Positions 54,751 through 64,000 of a DNA stretch of 64,000 nt are shown here, one piece after another. Source of the DNA: Tubiluchus corallicola (lineage: Eukaryota; Animalia; Priapulida); NCBI GenBank assembly GCA_030141605.1, contig JAQGDQ010000534.1:1-64000 (forward strand). Reading direction: 5' to 3'. The notes below the pieces were generated by a model. The model saw only the letters and a program-made list of their open reading frames with translations. It was not told the DNA's origin and made no database searches. Position numbers and translations under genes: made by a program. Every line of letters starts with the position of its first letter. The stretch's first letter is position 1.

Positions 54751-57700
54751 ATGAAGGCCACCGAAGCCATTTTGTTCATCACAAACGGGATATTTTATTT
54801 GGCACTCCTCACAGCTTTCACTTTTGGAGATGCAAGTGATCTGTGTCATCTTTTCAAGAATAACAAGGATGATCCAACAGTTAGTTCGCTGCGTCAGTTC
54901 GGTTGCAAGGCTTCCTATTCAATGATGAAATGCAAAATCGAATGCAGGAGGGGATATTTTCAAACTCATCTAGAAACTATAGACAAACTTATACCCAATG
55001 ACACGGATCTATTGAGTTTTCATTCCTACAAAGACAGAGAACTACCACCAAATTTTCTATCAGGAAAAACAATAGATAAATTAATGTTATCATTATTTGA
55101 CATAGATCAACTTAAAAATGATGACATAAAGGCTCTTGACGTTAGAGAGATTGTGCTGCACGACATGCTAAATATGAAGACTATCGAACCTCGAGCTTTT
55201 GCACGATGGAAAAGCCTAAAGGGAATACACATACAGAGAGCTAAGAGTCTAATCAAAGCTGATCTGGATTTGAGTGACAATCCAAAAATTAAGACAATTA
55301 ATATGTTTAATACACAACTGCAGCATATGAAAATGCCAAAGCTGTATCCGTACATACATACCAATTGGGTGAGGATAGGCATTTCAGGTAGTTTTCTGTA
55401 TTTTATTATAAGTATCATAATTGTAATTTTGCTAATAATTAGGATTACCTCCACATTAAGATAATCTTTAATGAAACCTTATTTTGTGAACGTAAAGGAA
55501 AACTGGCTGAAAGATTCAATAAAACTAAGACGGAAACAGAGTCGACAGAAAGGTACACGTGTTTTCTGACAATCTTCAGTTGTTTTCTTATCACAATCTT
55601 ATGAACTAGTTCAGTTCTCGTGTGCTGAACTTGTTAAGAGTTTCCCACTATATCGAGACACTTCCTTCTATTCATCACGGCAGTGTGATCTTTATATTTC
55701 CTATTCTTGGTTAAAGCACAAGAGAACCCTTCATAAACATAGAGCTTGAAAAATTCGTTTTGAAATTTTATATCGCTCACATACTGTCTTTTTGCATGCA
55801 GGACTTCAATCGGCAGTCACGCTGTATAAAACATGTAAATTTAAACTCCCGCGATGACCGTTAGACGCAGCCATTTTCATGACAGGTCATTTGAAACAAG
55901 TTTAGATAACATTGTGTAAAGCTTGAAAAAATAATCAGATCATTCGTAGCACACATGTTAAAACTAAATAAAATTTAAAATTACACAATCTTGTCAATAA
56001 GATTAAAAATACGTTTTTGGTTAGGGAGTGGTGCACTCTGGAGGGTGAGTTAGTGACATTTTACCAATTGGTGAAAACATTTTAAATAATTAATAATTTT
56101 TTTTCTAATTACAAAAGTCTTTCTAGTAGGTAAGCAAAAATCTAAGTAATATAGATTTGCGAGGAAAATCTTTTGAGACATAATTTAACATTGCTTCGAG
56201 AACAAACTAAAATTCCTTTCAGTGCGAGTAAGATATACGCATAAAATTGCAATAAAGTAATATAATTTTTTAAGGCGATTTTTCTGAAACCTACTTCAGG
56301 TACCTCTTTTCTTATCCTTTAAGCATTTTTACATCTTATGATGTTCCGTTTTGTGTTTACAACTTTGCCGGTTTTACGTTTTGGAATACAGAAACGAAAT
56401 TTTTATCTGTTTTTATTTTTATCTTTTTTATGTTTCCGTTCTTTATCTATTGTGTGAATTTTTGCTAAACATTCATTATTAGTCATTAAGAATTTTTATT
56501 ATGCTAACTCATCAATGTTAATGTTTTTGGAAACTGATCATCCAAATGAATGAGGAATATCGCAGGATATTCTTCGCCCAAATATTTTTGCACGTGACTT
56601 AGAACAACCTCTGTGCAAAAATCATTTAAAATTATTGAAAAGTCATGACACCATTAATGGCGCCCCCAACATATTTACCACGTGTCTTAAATTTTGCATC
56701 TTAACTAGATTCAGCAGTTGTACTAAAACTTATGGTTCTTTAAGAGTTTTTCTACAAAATGAAAAAGTTCTATTATACTTTATAACATATTATACTTTAA
56801 TTTTAGAAAGAAATATAAAGCTTTTAGCCTACATAGAAGTTTTCAAAATATTTTTGCAGGTGCTCTCGTATGTGACTGTAATCTTGCTTGGACAAAAAAT
56901 AACACATGGAAGGAGAGTGTAGTCATATGTAAGGAACCTGATATTCCTCTCACAGAACAACTCACACTTGATAAGTTTCTTCCTTGCTCAGCCACAACCA
57001 CTCCTGAATCAACTTATACCCCTTCCGAAACAAGCTACACAACTCCTGAACAAACCTTCACCACTCCTGAATCAAGCTATGCCAGCTCTGGATCAAGCTA
57101 CACAACTCCTGAACAAACATTCACTACTCCTGAATCAAGCTATGCCAGCTCTGGATCAAGCTACACAACTCCTGAACAAACATTCACTACTCCTGAATCA
57201 AGCTATGCCAGCTTTGGATCAAGCTACACAACTCCTGAACAAACATTCACTACTCCTGAATCAAGCTATGCCAGCTCTGGATCAAGCTACACAACTCCTG
57301 AACAAACATTCACTACTCCTGAATCAAGCTATGCAAGCTCTGGATCAAGCTACACAACTCCTGAACAAACATTCACTACTCCTGAATTAAGCTATGCCAG
57401 CTCTGGATCAAGCTACACCACTCCTGAATCAAGCTATGCCAGCTCTGGATCAAGCTACACAACTCCTGAACAAACATTCACTACTCCTGAATCAAGCTAT
57501 GCCAGCTCTGGATCAAGCTACACAACTCCTGAACAAACATTCACTACTCCTGAATCAAGCTACGCCAGCCCCGGATCAAGCTATACCCCTTCCAAAACAA
57601 GCTACACAACTCCTGAACAAACATTCACTACTCCTGAATCAAGCTACTCCAGCCCCGGATCAAGCTATATCCCTTCCAAAACAAGCTACACAACTCCTGA

Positions 57701-58541
57701 ACAAACATTCACTACTCCTGAATCAAGCTACGCCAGCTCCGGATCAAGCTATACCCCTTCCAAAACAAGCTACAGAACTCCTGAACAAACATTCACTACT
57801 CCTGAATCAAGCTACTCCACCCCTGGATCTAGCTACACAACTCCTAAACAAACATTTACTACTCCTGAATCAAGCTATGCCAGCTCTGGATCAAGCTATA
57901 TACCTTCCAAAACAAGCTACACAACTCCTGAACAAACATTCACTACTCCTGAATCAAGCTATGCCAGCTCTGTATCAAGCCACACCACTCCTGAACAAAC
58001 CTTCACTACTCCTGAATCAAGCTATGCGAGCTCTGGATCAAGCCACACCACTCCTGAACAAACCTTCACTACTCCCGAATCAAGCTATGCCAGCTCTGGA
58101 TCAAGCTACACCACTCCTGAACAAACATTCACTACTCCTAAATCAAGCTATGCCAGCTCTGGATCAAGCTACACAACTCCTGAACAAACATTCACTACTC
58201 CTGAATCAAGCTATGCCAGCTCTGGATCAACGTACACCACTCCTGAACAAACATTTACCACTCCTGAATCAAGCTACGCCAGCTCTGGATCAAGCCACAC
58301 CACTCCTGAACAAACCTTCACTACTCCCGAATCAAGCTATGCCAGCTCTGGATCAAGCTACACCACTCCTGAACAAACCTTCACTACTCCTGAATCAAGC
58401 TACACCACACCCGAACAAACTGTCGCCACACCTGAAGCGAACTTGCGAACTTGTGTACAGGTTTGTTTCAGAACCTTCACCACTTCTAAATCAAGCTTCA
58501 TTTCTTCTGTATCAAGCTACACCACACCTAAACCAACGTGA
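54751..58541 (+). CDS. Secreted LRR-like protein paralog 2 with LRRCT-like cap and long S/T/P mucin-like stalk (exons 54751-55387, 56860-58541; ~772 aa)
   Basis: Hydrophobic N-terminus, Cys cluster, LxLxx-type repeats ending IEPRAFARWKSL. A phase-1 GT-AG intron joins to GALVCDCNLAW...VICKEP...LPC, then repeats of SYTTPEQ-TFTTPES-SYASSGS, open to TGA 58539-58541. The ORF track shows a different frame for the repeat. Confidence 0.8.
56995..58440 (+). repeat. Coding tandem repeat, 21-bp monomers organised in ~63-bp higher-order units
   Basis: AGCTACACAACTCCTGAACAA-ACATTCACTACTCCTGAATCA-AGCTATGCCAGCTCTGGATCA. Confidence 0.93.
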
Positions 58542-59221
58542 ACAACTCACAATCGGTGGTCTCTTCCCTGTCCAATGGCTGCTGAACCAATTTTCAACAC
58601 TCTCTGATCTAACTTCACCACAACTGGATCCCATTCTCAGAACAATGCAACAATGACCACAACTCAACAGGTAAATGATACGCCCTAAGTTGATACTTAC
58701 CAAGGGTATCAGGTAATACTTATTTCAATGTTAACCACTGTTGAAGCAGTCTGCTCACATAATGCGTAAGAAAAGCATCTTAAACAAAGAACTTTATTTC
58801 AATTACTATTTTCTGCTTATCTATATTGTTATAAGAAAACGTTAAAAAAGATAAATAAATTAATAAATACCGATTATAATAAAACATTTTTGGGTTCACC
58901 AAAAAAAACAACTTGTTTATAATAGATAACAAGGTATTCACCATAGAATACCAATGCTGATGTGTGTAACCTACCTGTCTTGGTAAACGTCACCTTCATG
59001 TAATCTCAAGTTCAAAATAAAAGCAATCGGTGAATAATTGATGATGGGATGAAGCACAGTTATCAAATTTAACATTTGGACTAATCGTGTTCCATCTTTA
59101 CAATTATTGTTAATTTACCAAAGTAAATTTTGTCATACAGCAACTCATTTATTTGGTTAATTTGACTTCATCAATGTTTTTTTACCTATACTGTCTTTCC
59201 AATCAGATTGTATGTTGGTGT

Positions 59222-59258
<37 letters not shown>

Positions 59259-59978
59259 CTGTTGATTGATGTATTGTGTGTATTGCTGCAATGAAATAAA
59301 TTGATTTTATTTTATTTGAAGTATGCCAAATCTGCCATGGGATATCTCTACTCTAAACAGGAAGCCATGTGTTTAAGTACAAAAGTTAATTATCAAACTC
59401 CACACTAGGCGGTTTCGTCATTTTTGAAGGTAGAATCTTAATTGCCAAAATAATATCTTTTCCAGTATTTTCCAGTAACGACAAATGGCATTTATTGATA
59501 TCCTTGTCATAACGTAACAAGAATATCAATAAATGCCATTTATCATTGACAATAGTTATCTGAGACTATGAGTGTACACACTTACCATGAGTGTTCGTGT
59601 GTCTTGTATGCAGCAATTTGTATAAGAGATATTTGTTGTAAAAAATTGTACTTGACAACAGAAATGAAAAATTTCTTTTAAATCATTTTACTTTTCATTT
59701 TCACTAATTTAGACTGTTTACAAATAGTAAACACTTGCTATTCCATTGTATTACAGCAATTTCAAGCTGCAGCTTGTACAAATTATTGCAAGCCAAACGT
59801 TCCTCATAAAGTGTTCTTTTTCCCTTAATTCGTTTAAAGTGCTGCTTCATTGTTACGAAACATTATAATCACTACCATTGTTTTCATTGGAATATTATAT
59901 TAAACCACGAACTCAGATGAACATTTTTCAGAAGTTATGCAGCTTGTATAAACAATAAACACCATTGCTAGACTTCTG

Positions 59979-61658
59979 ATGAAGGCCACCGAAGCCATTT
60001 TGTTCATCACAAACGGGATATTTTATTTGGCACTCCTCACAGCGTTCATTTTTGCAGATGCCAGTGATCTGTGTCATCTTTTCGTGAATAACAAGGATGC
60101 TCCAACAGTTATTTCGCTGCGTCAGTACGAATGCAAGGCTTCCTATTCAGCGCCGAAATGCAAAATCGAATGTCGGAGGGGATACAATCAAACGGACATA
60201 GAAGACATAGAAAAACTTATACCAAACGATGTGGACATACTGAGTTTTTATTCATACAAAGACACAGAACTGCCGCCAAATTTTCTATATGGGAAAACAA
60301 TAGATTATCTAAAGTTATCATTATTTGAGATCGATACACTTAAGGAAGACGACATAAAAGCAACCGACGTTAGACAAATCAGTCTGCATTACATGTTCAA
60401 GATGAAGATGATTGAACCACGAGCTTTTGCACGATGGATTAGCCTAGAGACAATACTCATAAGCAAGGCTAATAGTCTCATTAAAGCTGATCTGGATTTG
60501 AGTGAAAATCCAAACATTAAGAAAATTAGCTTATTTGAAACGCAGTTGCAGCACGTGGCAAAGCCAAGGCTACACCCATTTATACATACCAGTTGGGTGA
60601 AGATAGGTCTTTCAGGTACTTTTTGTGTATTTTTATTATCTGAGTAAAGAAGCACCACATTTGTGCACAAAACTTGTCATTGCGGCCCAGAGATTTTATT
60701 GGCAACTTTTGGATGGTAATTTGTTGTCAGCTTTTGTCTTCCTTTTCAGATTAACCTTTTCCATTGTTTTCGTAACCGTAGCTAGCACTTGTGAGCACTA
60801 AACCATAAAGGCACTTGCTGTGAGAACCAAACCATAACAAGCACTTGTTGTGAGCACCAAACCATAACCAGCATTTGTGAGCACTAAGCCATAGCCAGCA
60901 CTTGCTGTGAGCACCAAACCATAACCAGCACTTGTTGTGAACACCAAACCATAACCAGCACTTGCTGTGAGCACCAAACCGTAACCAGCACTTGTTGTGA
61001 GCACCAAACCATAACGAGCACTTGTTGCGAGCACCAAACCATTACCAGCACTTGTTGTGAGCACCAAACCATAACCAGCACTTGCTGTGAGCACCAAACC
61101 ATAACCAGCACTTACTGCGAGCACCAAACAATAACCAGCACTAACTGTGAGCACCAAACAATAACCAACACTTGTTGCTGCAAGCACCAAACCATAACCA
61201 GCACTTGCTGTGAGCACCAAATCATAACCAGCATTAACTGTGAGCACCAAAACATAACCAGTACTTGTACTAAACCTTTATAGTACTTTAGGAGCTTATG
61301 TACAAGTGAAAAGGATAAAAAATTGAGCCTTTAATTTTAGGAAATATGACTGCCAAAAAATATACATGTGCGTTAAATTATATTTAATACTTTTTCAGGT
61401 GCTCTCATATGTGACTGTAATCTTGCTTGGACAAAAAATAACACATGGAAGGAGAGTGTAGTCGTATGTAATGAACCTCATGTTCCTCTCACAGAGCAAC
61501 TCACACTTGATAAGTTTCTTCCTTGCACATCAACTTATGAGAAATCAATTGTCACCACTTCTGATTCAATCTTCACCACTCTTATCATATCGAGTAATTT
61601 CACATGGATGTTGTACTGCGGTAGTTTTTGTGTTGCTCTTTTCTTTAAGTATTCATAG
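59979..61658 (+). CDS. LRR-like protein paralog 3 with LRRCT-like cap and hydrophobic C-terminus (exons 59979-60615, 61399-61658; ~298 aa)
   Basis: Exon 1 has the same length (637 nt) and donor position as paralog 2. Exon 2 reads GALICDCNLAW...LPCTSTYEKSIVTTSDSIFTTLIISSNFTWMLYCGSFCVALFFKYS, then TAG. Confidence 0.8.
60783..61268. repeat. 30-bp intronic minisatellite, ~16 copies
   Basis: Unit AGCACTTGCTGTGAGCACCAAACCATAACC. Confidence 0.95.
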
Positions 61659-62423
61659 TCGTAAATCGGGTACGCAATTTAATTATCGAGGATTTAAACA
61701 AGAACAGGGGGACTTGAAGTAGATTTTTTTAAAAAAAATCGCCTTAAAAATTATATTAATTAATCGTAATTTTATTCACACATTGTACCCGCGTTAAAAG
61801 GATTTTTCTTTGTTTTCATTTTAAGTTTCCCGCAATACTGTTCCGTCCACGCCATTACATGACGTCATTAGCATTACATGCTAACATTACGTTACTTGCT
61901 TACTTAACGTTTTGTCATGTTTTGACCTAAATTTTAAATCATTCTTTTTACATACCTTCTGACGATGACTGCTGATGTGCAGTAAAAATTTGATTTTTTT
62001 TCTAATAAAAAGTTAGTAAATTACTCTATGTTTATGAAATGGTATTGTAATTTAAAATAGTTTATTAAAGTATTTATACATATATATACTTTAATATATA
62101 TATATACATTACAGGATAGCATATTTATTATGAAGACACGTACTTGCACTGGCTGAAAAAACTGGTCGTTAGCAACACAAGTTTGCCGCTATTCCATGCA
62201 AAAAGCTCTTCCATTTTTATGTTTTTATAATTAAATACATGATTATGATACGTCAGCTATTTTTAACAAAACATAAAAGTGTAAACAAAGAGTGCAAAAT
62301 AAAAAACTTTTTGCTTAACTTAAGCAAATTAACTCAAATAGAAATATTTGCATTCCTTACAATTGTGACAAAGTAGTGAAATATGTGTAAATAGGCCTAC
62401 TTACTACAACATTGGATTTTTAG

Positions 62424-63198
62424 GTGACTGGCTTTTTTTTACTACACTTTCGAAATTTTGTGTCACAAAGATGATGTAACTGTATCAAACAACATTTGCA
62501 ATGGATTGAATCTAGACGACTTGGTTTTCATGCCAGGATTAGGAGCAGTCTCAAATGTGGATGAATTTGAGGGCATTAGAACCAAAATAACTCAATTGTT
62601 ACATGTTGTTAGCAAAATTCTTGACAAAAACAACCACATAAGACGTAAGCCCATTCTTGTTGGCAGTTCAGCTTGTGGAGCTAAGATTGGCAACCCAGAT
62701 AAGATTGGCCATGCAGTTGGGTTTGATGTTTTAGTTGTGGTACAACAGCACAAAGATTTTACAGTGGAACATTTCATCAAAAACCACACGTTTGACAGTT
62801 CAGCTTGTGGAGGTAAGACTGGCCATACAGTTGGGTTTGATGTTTTAGTTGTGGTACAACAGCACAAAGATTTTACAGTGGAACATTTCATCAAAAACCA
62901 CACGTTTGACAGTTCAGCTTGTGGAGGTAAGACCGGCCATACAGTTGGGTTTGATGTTTTAGTTATGGTTTAACAGCACAAAGATTTTACAGTGGAACAT
63001 TTTATCAAAAACCACACCCTTGATAGATCAGCTTGTGGAGTTAAGATTGGCCATGCAGTTGGGTTTAATGCTTTTAGATGTGGTTTAACAGCACAAAGAT
63101 TTTACAGTGGAATATTTCATCAAAAACCACACGTTTGACAGATCAGCCTGTGGAGCTAAGATCGGCCATGAAGTTGGGTTAGATGTTTTAGTTGTGGT
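62424..63198 (+). pseudogene. cGAS/Mab-21-like nucleotidyltransferase exon remnant, copy 1, degenerating into 114-bp repeats
   Basis: TTTTTAG acceptor; helix EFEGIRTKITQLLHVVSKIL then PILVGSSACGAKIGNPD; frameshift in the T-run near 62435, later stops. Confidence 0.55.
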
Positions 63199-63512
63199 AC
63201 AGGATGACATATTTATTATGAAGACACGTACTTGCACTGCCTGAAAAATCTGGTCGTTAGCTACACAAGTTTGCAGCTATTCCATGCAAAAAGCTCTTCA
63301 ATTTTTATGTTTTTATAACTAAATACATGATTATGATACGTCAACTATTTTTAAAAATAACATAAAAGTGTAAATAAAGAGCGCAAAATAAAAAAACTTT
63401 TTGCTTAATTTAAGCAAATCAACTCAAATAGAAATATTTGCTTTCCTTACAATTGCGACAAAGTAGTGGAATACGTTTAAATAGGTCTACTTACTACAAC
63501 ATTGGATTTTCA

Positions 63513-64000
63513 GGTGTGGCTTTTTTACTAAACCTTCGAAATTTGTGTCACAAAGATGATTAAACTGTATCAAACAACATTTGCGATGGATTGACTCTAG
63601 AGGACTTGGTTTTCGTGCCAGGATTAGGAGCAGTCTCAAATGTGGATGAATTTCAGGGCATTAGAAATAAAATAACTCAATCGTTACATGTTGTTAGCAA
63701 AATTCTTGACAAAAACAATCACATAAGACGTAAGCCCATTCTTGTTGGCAGTTCAGCTTGTGGAGTTAAGACTGGCAACCCAGATGAATTTGATTTTTTA
63801 GTTGTAGTACAACAGGACAAAGATTTTACAGTGGAATATTTCATCAAAAACCACACGTTTCACAGAACAGCTTGTGGGGCTAAGTTTGGCCAAGCAGTTG
63901 GGTTTGATGTTTTAGTTGAAGTACAACAGCACAAAGATTTTACAGTGGAACATTTCATCAAAAACCACACGTTTAACAGTTCAGGTTGTGGAGGTAAGAC
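63513..64000 (+). pseudogene. cGAS/Mab-21-like nucleotidyltransferase exon remnant, copy 2 (runs off window)
   Basis: PILVGSSACGVKTGNPDEFDFLVVV (63735-63809) matches the hGS...K...PDEFDh catalytic signature; in-frame TAA at 63561. Confidence 0.62.

Larger units (their letters stand above)
62111..64000 (+). repeat. Tandem segmental duplication, unit ~1088 bp (62111-63198; 63199 onward), containing 114-bp subrepeats
   Basis: ACAGGAT..CATATTTATTATGAAGACACG starts both units and the following sequence is colinear. Confidence 0.9.

Noticed and set aside
56968-58656. ORF-track proteins with MPALDQATQLLNKHSLLLNQA repeats
   Set aside because: Wrong frame: splicing from exon 1 and the LRRCT homology fix the adjacent S/T/P-rich frame, and the listed frame has an internal stop.

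Overview
AT-rich, repeat-dense animal (invertebrate-looking) genomic DNA with spliceosomal introns. The main gene is a complete BBS7 on the + strand (14824-43206; 18 coding exons; about 720 aa by hand-splicing). It has two unusual features: a divergent duplicate of exon 10 in the same phases (29358-29466), which could only be used mutually exclusively with the canonical exon 10 (31031-31133), and a final U12-type AT-AC intron (42404-43072). Downstream is a tandem cluster of three two-exon genes for secreted/surface LRR-like proteins: one pseudogene, one with a ~500-aa Ser/Thr/Pro stalk, and one with a hydrophobic tail. Their LRR exons are diverged but their LRRCT exons are nearly identical. 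The window ends in tandemly duplicated, decaying cGAS/Mab-21-like nucleotidyltransferase exons whose catalytic motif has been amplified into a 114-bp tandem repeat. The rest is MITEs (several nested), LINE/Penelope/LTR fragments, a 5S-headed SINE-like insertion, and mini/microsatellites. All calls were made by eye and hand translation; no database searches were run.
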